Assembly: GCA_038206725.1 (NCBI GenBank) | Contig: JBBRAO010000004.1 | Coordinates: forward strand, 39,580 to 103,579 | Direction of reading: 5' to 3' | Source of the DNA: Candidatus Kapaibacterium sp. | GTDB lineage: Bacteria; Bacteroidota; Ignavibacteria; Kapaibacteriales; UBA2268 | Length of the DNA: 64,000 nt | Shown: one piece after another, positions 19,153-28,285 of the stretch | How the letters are laid out: each line of letters begins with the position of its first letter | Position numbering within the stretch: position 1 is the stretch's first letter | Program-made: the position numbers and the translations under genes | The notes under the pieces: generated by a model | Database searches by the model: none | What the model was told of the DNA's origin: nothing | The model's input: the letters and a program-made list of their open reading frames with translations, nothing else

Positions 19153-21075
19153 ATGGGAAAATTTAAATTTAAACCTTTCGACCAGATGACACCAGAAGAT
19201 TATGCGGAAATCGGCTTTATGTCCGGTTTAGAAGTACACCAGCAGTTGCTAACAGAATCTAAACTATTTTGCCGCTGTCCTGCCGGTCATCTTCATAGAG
19301 ATGGCTACCACTCCGAAATATTAAGGCATATGCGCCCTACCCTATCTGAATTAGGTGAGTATGACGGCACAGCTTTAATGGAGTTTAAAACCAAAAAAAA
19401 TATAACCTATCGAGTACATTACGATACAGTCTGTACTTATGATATGGATGATACACCTCCTTTTATGATTGATGAAACAGCTCTCGATATTTCTATCGAA
19501 GTTGGTTTATTATACGGTGCATCAATAACAGATGAATTGCATATTGCGAGAAAACAATATTTGGATGGTTCTATTCCTACTGGTTTTCAAAGAACTGCAA
19601 TCACTTGCGTAGGTGGTTCTGTACCATATAAAGATAGAGAAATCAAACTAATCCAAATGTCAATCGAGGAAGATTCGTGTCGAGAGCTAACCGATATAGG
19701 TCACGATAGAGTATATCTACCTGATAGATTAGGCACTCCTCTAATCGAAACAGTTACTCATCCTGAGATGAAAACTCCTCAAGAAATAGCAGATGTAAAT
19801 AATATTATTCGCCGTTTAGCACGTCAAACCGGAAAAGTAAGGACCGGTATGGGTGCTGGACGTCAAGATGTTAATGTTTCTGTTCGCGGTGGAACCAGGA
19901 TTGAAATTAAGGGTGTATCAAAAATCAACTATATTCCAAAATTAGCCTATCACGAGTCGATGCGTCAATGGAATTTACTTTTGTTAAGAGACGAGTTACA
20001 CGCACGTGGAATAAATAAAGATACATTTAATGCGGATACACTTGATGTAACCCATTTGTTAAAAAAGACCATTTATCCCCCACTTGCCGAAGCAATCGCA
20101 AGAGATTGGAAAGTATATTGTGTAAACCTGCACGGGTTCAAAGACCTATTAAATTGGGAAACACAGACCGATACCTATTTTTCAAAAGAAATATCAGATA
20201 GAGTACGTGTAATTGCTTGTTTAACAGTATTACCAAATATACTTCATTCCGATAATTCACGTGAAAAATTAACTGCTACAGAATGGACCAAACTCAAAAA
20301 AGCAGTTAGTGCTACTAATGAAGATACAATCGTATTGGTTTGGGGTGACGATAGAGACGTAGTAACAGGTGCTAAAGAAGTAATAATTAGAGCTAAAGAA
20401 GCGACAATAGGTATTCCGTCTGAAACAAGACAAGCTCTTGATGATAGCACAAACGGTTTTGAAAGAATACTTCCGGGACCTGAGAGGATGTATCCTGATA
20501 CAGATTTGCCTCCTTTGACGATAACAAAAGAAAGATTAGACAGAATAAGAGCTCAGATGCCTGTTCCTTATTGGGTTCGCGAAAAATGGCTGAAACAATT
20601 AAACGTTCAAGCTGATTTAGTTAGCGAGCTATCTGTTTCGAAATTTTTTGTTCTTTTCGAAAAAGCTGTTAAAGATTATCATATATCACCAAAGGTTGCG
20701 GCAAACATTTTAATAGGATTCCCGAGAAGACTAAAGAAAAACCGATTCAACATAAATATATTAAAAGAAGAGATATATCTAAACATTTTTGAATTGATTA
20801 ATAACAAACAATTGGTCAAAGACGGTATCTATTCGTTGATGCTAAAAATTTGCATAAAGGGTGGTTTAGATGAGGCTATTTTACCAAAAACAGTTGATAA
20901 CGTAGAAATTAATAAAACTGTTGTTGAATGTATTAATGAAATGACAAAAATGAAAGTACACAACTCTGACAAAGCAGATCATGTATTAATGGGATTAGTT
21001 ATGAACAACCTGCGCGGAAGAGTTAACGGATCGGATATATTTAATTTTATCAATAATCGCAAACAGGAGGCTTAA
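19153..21075 (+). CDS. gatE: Glu-tRNA(Gln) amidotransferase subunit E, archaeal type
   Basis: 640 aa. SGLEVHQQLLTESKLFCRCP, MRPTLSELG, GFQRT, RLGTPLIETVTHPEM, GAGRQDVNVSVRGGTRIEIKGV track the GatE (not the about 480-aa GatB) architecture as I recall it, including the inserted domain and C-terminal YqeY-like tail. GGGA SD 6 nt upstream. Confidence 0.7.
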   Translation: MGKFKFKPFDQMTPEDYAEIGFMSGLEVHQQLLTESKLFCRCPAGHLHRDGYHSEILRHMRPTLSELGEYDGTALMEFKTKKNITYRVHYDTVCTYDMDDTPPFMIDETALDISIEVGLLYGASITDELHIARKQYLDGSIPTGFQRTAITCVGGSVPYKDREIKLIQMSIEEDSCRELTDIGHDRVYLPDRLGTPLIETVTHPEMKTPQEIADVNNIIRRLARQTGKVRTGMGAGRQDVNVSVRGGTRIEIKGVSKINYIPKLAYHESMRQWNLLLLRDELHARGINKDTFNADTLDVTHLLKKTIYPPLAEAIARDWKVYCVNLHGFKDLLNWETQTDTYFSKEISDRVRVIACLTVLPNILHSDNSREKLTATEWTKLKKAVSATNEDTIVLVWGDDRDVVTGAKEVIIRAKEATIGIPSETRQALDDSTNGFERILPGPERMYPDTDLPPLTITKERLDRIRAQMPVPYWVREKWLKQLNVQADLVSELSVSKFFVLFEKAVKDYHISPKVAANILIGFPRRLKKNRFNINILKEEIYLNIFELINNKQLVKDGIYSLMLKICIKGGLDEAILPKTVDNVEINKTVVECINEMTKMKVHNSDKADHVLMGLVMNNLRGRVNGSDIFNFINNRKQEA

Positions 21076-22467
21076 ATGTCACAAGATAGTGAAGATTATA
21101 AAGGATATCGCGGGATAGCCTTAGAGGTTTTGAAAAAATTTAACACTCTTGTTTGGTGTGATGTAATTTGTGATCACGAATCCGGAATATTCGAAGGTTT
21201 TATATTACCACGTTCAGAAACCGCAGATGATGCCCATATCGTTATCAAATTGATTACAGGATATAATGTTGGTTTAAAAGCGGATAGGATTAAAAATATA
21301 ACCGTTCGTGGACGTAAAATTGCTGTTTATAAAATTCCTGAACAAGATTTCCCTTATGAAAAAAATAAACCTAGAGTAAAACTTTTTGGAACTGGTGGTA
21401 CAATTGCATCTCGTTTAGATTATCGTACCGGTGCTGTAATTCCTGCCTTTTCACCGGGTGAATTATATGGCTCTGTACCTGAATTAGCAGACTATTGTAA
21501 TTTAGAAACAGAAAAGCTTTATGGAGTATTTTCTGAAAATATGGGACCTGCCGAATACATCGGTTTAGCAAATGGTATAGCCAAAGAAATCGAAAAAGGA
21601 GTTGCCGGCATAGTTATTGGTCACGGAACCGATACATTGCATCATACTTCAGCAATATTATCGTTTATGATCCAAAATTCTCCTGTTCCTATCGTTATGG
21701 TTGGTTCACAACGTTCATCAGACAGACCTTCATCCGATGCGGCACTAAATCTTATCCATAGCGTTAAAACTGCCGGCGAAAGCGATATAGCGGAAGTTAT
21801 GGTTTGTATGTTCGGTCCAACATCAGATGAGTATGGTTTATTACATCGTGGTACAAGAGTTCGTAAAATGCATTCCAGTTATCGTTCAACATTCAGAACT
21901 TTGAGCGATATTCCAATAGCAATGGTCAGTAGAGATAAAATAACACCACTACGCCAAGATTATGCGCGCAGAAGAGATGATAAAAACTTCAAACTGATGC
22001 CGTACTTTGAGGAGCGTGTTGGCATTGTTTATTATTATCCAAATATGCACCCAGATATGATTGATTCTATGATAGAGAATGGTTATAAAGGAATAGTAAT
22101 CGCTGGTACGGGTTTAGGTCACGTCAATAAGCCTCTTTATCCTGCATTAGAAAGAGCTCAAAAAGCCGGTGTCGCTGTTTATATGACAGTACAAACATTG
22201 CACGGTTATGCTCAAATGTATGTTTATGAAACCGGTCGCGTAATGATGGACTTAGGTGTAATAGCCGCAGGAAATATGTTGCCGGAAGTAGCTTATGTTA
22301 AATTATGTTGGGCATTAGGTCAGACCAACGATTTAGAAGAAGTGAAAAGAATAATGCTTACCCCTATTAATGGTGAAACTACTCCACGTGAACCATCAAA
22401 CGGATATTTGATGTTCCAAGGTGGCGTTCCTGAAGTTGAAGCATTTATTGGAAGAAACCGTAAATAA
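21076..22467 (+). CDS. gatD: Glu-tRNA(Gln) amidotransferase subunit D, archaeal type (asparaginase-like)
   Basis: 463 aa. Start immediately after the gatE stop. N-terminal extension then type-I asparaginase fold (LFGTGGTIASRLDYRTGAV; GIVIGHGTDTLHHTS; RKMHSSYRSTF), which is the GatD arrangement. Confidence 0.65.
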   Translation: MSQDSEDYKGYRGIALEVLKKFNTLVWCDVICDHESGIFEGFILPRSETADDAHIVIKLITGYNVGLKADRIKNITVRGRKIAVYKIPEQDFPYEKNKPRVKLFGTGGTIASRLDYRTGAVIPAFSPGELYGSVPELADYCNLETEKLYGVFSENMGPAEYIGLANGIAKEIEKGVAGIVIGHGTDTLHHTSAILSFMIQNSPVPIVMVGSQRSSDRPSSDAALNLIHSVKTAGESDIAEVMVCMFGPTSDEYGLLHRGTRVRKMHSSYRSTFRTLSDIPIAMVSRDKITPLRQDYARRRDDKNFKLMPYFEERVGIVYYYPNMHPDMIDSMIENGYKGIVIAGTGLGHVNKPLYPALERAQKAGVAVYMTVQTLHGYAQMYVYETGRVMMDLGVIAAGNMLPEVAYVKLCWALGQTNDLEEVKRIMLTPINGETTPREPSNGYLMFQGGVPEVEAFIGRNRK

Positions 22468-22490
22468 TCGGAATCTTTCAAATAAATATT

Positions 22491-22525
22491 AAGGGCTGAT
22501 TTGTTTTAAACCAGCCCTTTTTTAT
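22491..22525. terminator. bidirectional terminator hairpin between convergent gatD and acyl-CoA ligase genes
   Basis: AAGGGCTG-(loop)-CAGCCCTT followed by TTTTTT on + and preceded by A-run on the other strand. Confidence 0.5.
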
Positions 22526-22529
22526 ATAA

Positions 22530-24356
22530 TTAATCGCCATTATTATCAATGCCATACATATTGTCTATGAAAGTCGAATACTTTCGTTCAACAACGTGCC
22601 GTTTAATGCTTAATTTAGGACTCAATTCTCCCCCATCTATTGAAAATTGAGTTGATAGAAGATGAAATTTCCTGACTTTTTCATAAGGGGCTATATCTTT
22701 TTGATACCAATCCAATTCTTTTTTTATAAATTGTATGATTTTGGGATGAGATATCAGTTCCGTTTCTGAAGAGTAATTTATTGAGAATTCTTTGGCTATT
22801 TCTTTCAGTTGCTCATAATCAGGTGTAAGTAATGCAGTACAATAATCTCGTTTATCCCCTATTAAAAAACAATGTTCGATATACCGACTCGATATCAATA
22901 GATTTTCTATTGGTTGAGGAGCAATATTCTTTCCACCTGTATTCACAAATATATTTTTCTTTCTATCCGTGATTTTGATATTGCCACGAGTTGTAATTAG
23001 GCCTATATCGCCGGTGTAAAGCCATCCGTCCTCATCAATTGCCTGCCTTGTCGCTACAGGATCTTTCCAATAACCCTTCATTATATTTGGACCTCGTACT
23101 AATATTTCCCCATCTTCGGCAATTCTAACTTCGACAGATTTCAATGGCTTCCCAATAGTACCTATTTCATTATCAATAGATCCGTTAGACGATATAACCG
23201 GAGATGCTTCTGTTAAGCCGTATCCTTGAAAAACATCAATTCCAAGCGCCATAAAAAACAAGCAAACGTCATCGCTCAATGGTGCACCACCGGAAATAAA
23301 CTTATCTATATTTCCACCCAATTTTTCTTTAATTTTGTTCAAAATTCTATTATACGCAAGAATATATTTATATTTCAAAGGAAATGACAAAGTATTATCC
23401 GCTTTCGCTTTTGCGTATTTTATACCGGTATCAATAGCCGATAATATTAAAGCTCGTTTAAACGAATTTTCGCGCTCAATGTTGCTAAGTATTTTTTTTC
23501 TGATAGTTTCTAATAATCTTGGAACAACGGTCATCACTGTGGGTTTAATTATAAGTATATCAGCCCCGACCGTTGAAACTGAACCGGCTAATGCAATAAC
23601 GCAACCGTGTGAGAATAAACCATAAAAACCGCCTGTCATTTCATAAGAATGGCATAATGGTAGAAAGCTAAGAGAAGTTGCTTTCGAATGATCCCCAAAA
23701 ATCAACATAGCTTCGAATACATTTATTGTAACATTCTTGTGAGTTAGCATAACGCCTTTTGGATTGCCGGTAGTGCCGCTGGTGTAGATAATTGTAAGCA
23801 AATCATCTTCAGTAATTTTGTTCATTCTTCTTCTTAGAATTGCTTTTCTTTCTTTTTCATCACGTATTTGTGCGCCTCTTGTTATCAGCTCATCAAATGT
23901 TTTAAGGCTTAATAAATCGCCATCACTAACATTATCCATAACTATGATATGCCTTAAACTGGATATATCATCGTACATAGATTCAATTTTGGTCAATTGG
24001 TTTTTATCGGAGCAAAAAACAGCGCTTACATCGCTTTCTTCAAATATGAATTGTGCTTGTTTAGCCGTTAATACAGGAAAAATCGGCACAATTACGGCTC
24101 CAATTAAAGAAATGGCAAAGCTGGATATAATCCATTCTATTCTGTTTTCAGATATAATACCAACACGATCACCCTTTTGAATACCTAATTCAAGCAATGC
24201 TAATGCTAATTTTTCTACTTTTTGATTTAGTTCACTATGCGACAGTGCTATAAATTCGCCATTTGACTTATAATAGAAAGCCGGCCTTTTTCTTCCCGAA
24301 AATTTATCACAGACATTATAAAATAATTCAGGTATAGTTTTGAAATCATTTATCAT
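22530..24356 (-). CDS. long-chain-fatty-acid--CoA ligase (AMP-binding enzyme family)
   Basis: 608 aa. IIYTSGTTGNPKGVMLTHKN AMP-binding motif. GYGLTE and ...TGDIG...KDRKK segments. Confidence 0.75.
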   Translation of the reverse strand: MINDFKTIPELFYNVCDKFSGRKRPAFYYKSNGEFIALSHSELNQKVEKLALALLELGIQKGDRVGIISENRIEWIISSFAISLIGAVIVPIFPVLTAKQAQFIFEESDVSAVFCSDKNQLTKIESMYDDISSLRHIIVMDNVSDGDLLSLKTFDELITRGAQIRDEKERKAILRRRMNKITEDDLLTIIYTSGTTGNPKGVMLTHKNVTINVFEAMLIFGDHSKATSLSFLPLCHSYEMTGGFYGLFSHGCVIALAGSVSTVGADILIIKPTVMTVVPRLLETIRKKILSNIERENSFKRALILSAIDTGIKYAKAKADNTLSFPLKYKYILAYNRILNKIKEKLGGNIDKFISGGAPLSDDVCLFFMALGIDVFQGYGLTEASPVISSNGSIDNEIGTIGKPLKSVEVRIAEDGEILVRGPNIMKGYWKDPVATRQAIDEDGWLYTGDIGLITTRGNIKITDRKKNIFVNTGGKNIAPQPIENLLISSRYIEHCFLIGDKRDYCTALLTPDYEQLKEIAKEFSINYSSETELISHPKIIQFIKKELDWYQKDIAPYEKVRKFHLLSTQFSIDGGELSPKLSIKRHVVERKYSTFIDNMYGIDNNGD

Positions 24357-24509
24357 AAGAAAGTCTTTTTATGAAAAAACAAAAATAAAAAAAAATCCTT
24401 AAAGTAAATTGTAATTTGAATGCAATGTTGACAACTGATAAAAGAAAAGTTTTCATATATCAAAAAAAAATAGTAAATTTATTTTTTTTTATACAATATT
24501 ATAGAAAAA

Positions 24510-25907
24510 GTGGAACAGAATTATATAATAGTACTAATCGAAGAAGATAAAACTTTATGCCATAAAATCATAGACTTATTATCTTCAAAGGGTTATAAAC
24601 TGATTGTTTTCAACAATGCAGACGATGCAATAAATGAACTACATACAATAAGTCCGGATTTAATCTTATTGGATTTGTTTGTAGGCCATACTAATGGATT
24701 ATATGTTCTACAACAATTAAGAATGCAGGGTTTTATAATGCCTGTTGTAATCCTCACCCCATCAAGCGATATAAAAATGGCTGTACGAACTATGAAATCA
24801 GGTGCAGAGGATTTCATAGTCAAACCAATAGATAATGAACAATTGGAAGTTACAATTCAAAGAGCATTGAAAAACTTCGAATTATCACGACGCGTTCAAT
24901 TGCTTTCCGAACAATTAATGTTCGAACAACCGAGTGAAATAATTGGGAAATCACAAGGAATGTTAGATGCTTTGGCAATGGCAAAGACTTTTTCGGCATC
25001 ATCGGATACTACCGTTTTGTTACTTGGGGAGAGCGGTACCGGTAAAGAATTAATGGCAAAGTTCATACACGAAAATTCACCGCGCGCTCCACACCCATTT
25101 GTTTCTATCAATTGCGGAGCTATACCACGAGATCTTGCCGAAAATGAGCTATTTGGTTATGAAAAAGGTGCTTTTACCGGTGCTACTGAAAAAGTAAAGC
25201 AAGGGAAATTTGAATTAGCCCATCGTGGAACTATTTTATTGGACGAGATTGCTGAACTAAGTCTGGAATTACAAGTTAAGCTACTTAGAGTGCTTCAGGA
25301 AAGAAAGTACTATCGTTTGGGAGGTGCTAAGGAAATTTCCGTCGATGTTCGGATTATAGCATCTACAAATAAAAATTTAGAAGAATTAACCTCGAAAAAT
25401 CATTTTCGGGAAGATTTATTTTACCGATTAAATGTAGCAAGAATCGAACTACCTCCTTTACGTGATCGTGGTGAGGATATATTAATATTGGCAACAGAAT
25501 TTATTAAAGAATTCAATAAATCAACCGGAAAAAACATCAAGGGATTTGATAGTGAAGCTTCCGTCCTATTAATGAATTACGGTTGGAAAGGTAATATCCG
25601 TGAATTGAGAAATGTTATAGAGCGAGTGGTTCTATTAGAGAACAATGAAACTATAAGTAAAACATCGTTAGCTTTTTTAAGCCAATCATATTTCAATGTA
25701 GTAGAAAAGAAAGATATCATTTCCATTCCAGACGGGAAGCATTTCTTAAAAATTTCGGATATGGGTGCAACAGCGGCGGCTGTTAATAAAGATTTAATAA
25801 TGCAAACAATGAAATTAGCTTTAGGAGACAAGTTTAAAGCCGCAAAAATGCTAGGACTTTCAGAATCAAAAATTGATTTTACATTAGAACAATATGGACT
25901 AGATTAG
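24510..25907 (+). CDS. sigma-54-dependent response regulator (NtrC/Fis family: receiver + AAA+ sigma54-activation + HTH)
   Basis: Receiver domain (DLILLDL...). Walker A GESGTGKE. GAFTGA sigma54-contact motif (EKGAFTGA). C-terminal Fis-type HTH. Confidence 0.8.
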   Translation: MEQNYIIVLIEEDKTLCHKIIDLLSSKGYKLIVFNNADDAINELHTISPDLILLDLFVGHTNGLYVLQQLRMQGFIMPVVILTPSSDIKMAVRTMKSGAEDFIVKPIDNEQLEVTIQRALKNFELSRRVQLLSEQLMFEQPSEIIGKSQGMLDALAMAKTFSASSDTTVLLLGESGTGKELMAKFIHENSPRAPHPFVSINCGAIPRDLAENELFGYEKGAFTGATEKVKQGKFELAHRGTILLDEIAELSLELQVKLLRVLQERKYYRLGGAKEISVDVRIIASTNKNLEELTSKNHFREDLFYRLNVARIELPPLRDRGEDILILATEFIKEFNKSTGKNIKGFDSEASVLLMNYGWKGNIRELRNVIERVVLLENNETISKTSLAFLSQSYFNVVEKKDIISIPDGKHFLKISDMGATAAAVNKDLIMQTMKLALGDKFKAAKMLGLSESKIDFTLEQYGLD

Positions 25908-26254
25908 ATTTCAATTTTAGTTTTTAAATTGATTTCTTCAAGAATCGAACTTACAGTTAAACATTGATTATAATTGTTACTAAATACTACAGCAGAACCT
26001 GATTTATGAACTTGAGTAGTTAATAGATAAGCCTTTTCCTCACTGCAATTGATAGCTATGATAAGTTGATCAATAACTTCATCGAAATCGTGTTCATTAT
26101 CATTGAATAATACTACTTTGGCATTGAATAGATTGTCATCTTCAGTATCTAATTGGATTAAAGGTTTTTCTATAATATTGGGTTTTGTTGTCATAACATC
26201 AATCAAATTGGAAAAAATAATTTTTGAATTAATACTTCTACTTTCTTTTAACAT
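25904..26254 (-). CDS. clpS: ATP-dependent Clp protease adaptor ClpS
   Basis: VVLFNDNEHDFDEVIDQLIIAI...EKAYLLTTQVHKSGSAVV core. True start possibly at an internal Met (about 100 aa). 3' end overlaps regulator stop by 4 nt. Confidence 0.65.
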   Translation of the reverse strand: MLKESRSINSKIIFSNLIDVMTTKPNIIEKPLIQLDTEDDNLFNAKVVLFNDNEHDFDEVIDQLIIAINCSEEKAYLLTTQVHKSGSAVVFSNNYNQCLTVSSILEEINLKTKIEI

Positions 26255-26277
26255 TAAAATAATAGATATGCAAAATT

Positions 26278-28269
26278 ATGGATAATATCGAAAATAATGC
26301 AATTTTTTTTAATCTAACGATAATTATAATATTTCTACCCCTACTCGGATTTATTATAAATGGAATATTCGGCAAAAAAATTAACAATGAAAAAATTATT
26401 GGGATTATCGGTACATCAACAGTTTCGATTTCCTTTTTTGCTTCATTATATTTATTTATTTATACAAACACTTATCATATTCCCCGAATAGTTGTCAATC
26501 TTTACAAATGGTTGAATATCGGAGATTTTCAGATAAATGTATCTTACCAAATTGATAATCTTTCCCTGATTTTTATGATGGTTATAACCGGTGTCGGTGC
26601 TTTGATACATATTTATTCAATCTCATATATGCACAAAGACCGGAGTTTCTATCGGTTTTTTGCATATCTTAACTTGTTTATATTTATGATGTTGAATTTA
26701 GTTGCTTCAAGCAATTTACTCCTGACTTTTTTTGGTTGGGAAGGTGTCGGTTTATCGTCATATTTGCTAATAGGTTTTTGGTATGATCGAGAATTCAAAG
26801 GTTATAATATTAAATTAACTAAAGATGCCGCAAATAAAGCATATATAGTTAATAGAATTGGCGACTTCGGTTTTTTAATTGCTGTCTTTTTAATCTTCAC
26901 TGTTTTCAAAACATTCGAATATTCAAATATCGCTCAACAGGCAATTGATAATAAGGCACTTTATCAAAACTCAACCAATGCGCTGTTAATTAGTTTGTTT
27001 ATGTTCTTAGCTTGTACAGGAAAGTCAGCACAATTACCCCTATCTGTTTGGTTACCGGATGCGATGGCCGGACCTACACCTGTTTCAGCATTAATACACG
27101 CGGCAACTATGGTTACTGCCGGTATTTTCTTGGTGGCACGGAACTCGGTGCTTTTCGCAATGTCGGATGTTACTATGGGAATTGTAACGATAATAGGAAT
27201 ATTAACAGCACTTTATGGTGCATTTTCGGCAATAACACAGACAGACATAAAGAAAGTTTTGGCATTTTCAACAGTCAGTCAACTTGGCTTTATGTTCGCC
27301 GCTTTAGGTATGGGAGCTTATTCCGCCGCTGTTTTTCACGTAGTTACACACGCTTTCTTCAAGGGTTTGTTGTTTTTGGCCGCCGGGTCTGTAATTCACT
27401 CAATGCACGACGAGCAAGACATATTAAAAATGGGCAATCTAAAGAAATATATGCCTGTTACATTTATAACATTTTTGATGGGAACGTTAGCTATATCAGG
27501 AATACCGCTTTTTAGTGGATTCTTCTCCAAGGATGAAATATTATGGAATGTTTATTCCAATGGGAATGTACTCTATTGGTTGTTTCTATTAATTGCTTCT
27601 CTTACAACAGCATTATATATGTTCCGTATGTTATATTTAGTATTCTTCGGAAAAGAAAAATTCAATACAGCTGAAGTACATCCTCACGAATCACCACGAT
27701 TAATGACAATTCCTCTTTCCATATTGGCAGTTTTATCAGTGATTGGTGGTTTTATAGGAATACCGTATAGTCTTGGTTTTTGGTTTAGCAAACATCCGAA
27801 TCTATTTGATGGAGCTCTATTTAAAATCTTCAGTGACGCTCGCGCTGTACTTCTATTAGAAAACCATAACAGTATCGAACCAATTGAATATGTTTTGATG
27901 ACGATCACAGTTATATTAATAATATCCATTATTATTATAGCGAGAAAGTTCTATTTAAAACGCGAATACTCTATTAGTAAAAAACTAGCTGATAGTACAA
28001 TTTATAAATTGTCCTTAAATAAATTTTACCTCGATAATATTTATTATACAATCATCGTTAATCCTTTGATTTGGGTTTCTGATAAGGTATTCAAAAATAT
28101 TGTTGATAACATTATGATTGACGGATTAATACACACAATATCACAAAAGACAATTGACCTCGGCTTATCTATTAGAAAAATACAAACCGGAAAAATAAAG
28201 GATTACATATATAGCCTTACATTCGGAGTAATTTTAATTTTAGTAATTGTCATAATCGCATTTCTATAA
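26278..28269 (+). CDS. nuoL: NADH-quinone oxidoreductase subunit L (antiporter-like, long C-terminal helix)
   Basis: 663 aa. WLPDAMAGPTPVSALIHAATMVTAGIFL. About 16 TM plus C-terminal extension. Confidence 0.75.
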   Translation: MDNIENNAIFFNLTIIIIFLPLLGFIINGIFGKKINNEKIIGIIGTSTVSISFFASLYLFIYTNTYHIPRIVVNLYKWLNIGDFQINVSYQIDNLSLIFMMVITGVGALIHIYSISYMHKDRSFYRFFAYLNLFIFMMLNLVASSNLLLTFFGWEGVGLSSYLLIGFWYDREFKGYNIKLTKDAANKAYIVNRIGDFGFLIAVFLIFTVFKTFEYSNIAQQAIDNKALYQNSTNALLISLFMFLACTGKSAQLPLSVWLPDAMAGPTPVSALIHAATMVTAGIFLVARNSVLFAMSDVTMGIVTIIGILTALYGAFSAITQTDIKKVLAFSTVSQLGFMFAALGMGAYSAAVFHVVTHAFFKGLLFLAAGSVIHSMHDEQDILKMGNLKKYMPVTFITFLMGTLAISGIPLFSGFFSKDEILWNVYSNGNVLYWLFLLIASLTTALYMFRMLYLVFFGKEKFNTAEVHPHESPRLMTIPLSILAVLSVIGGFIGIPYSLGFWFSKHPNLFDGALFKIFSDARAVLLLENHNSIEPIEYVLMTITVILIISIIIIARKFYLKREYSISKKLADSTIYKLSLNKFYLDNIYYTIIVNPLIWVSDKVFKNIVDNIMIDGLIHTISQKTIDLGLSIRKIQTGKIKDYIYSLTFGVILILVIVIIAFL

Positions 28270-28285
28270 TTTATCGAATTAAAGT

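Noticed and set aside
24430-24470. sigma54 -24/-12 promoter near the sigma54-dependent regulator
   Set aside because: Only a sigma70-like TTGACA-N17-TTTCAT was seen. No TGGCAC-N5-TTGC on either strand in this gap.
27012-27515. 167-aa + ORF rich in Cys/Arg/Tyr inside nuoL
   Set aside because: Alternative frame of the nuoL coding sequence, which has a strong membrane-protein signal in the annotated frame.
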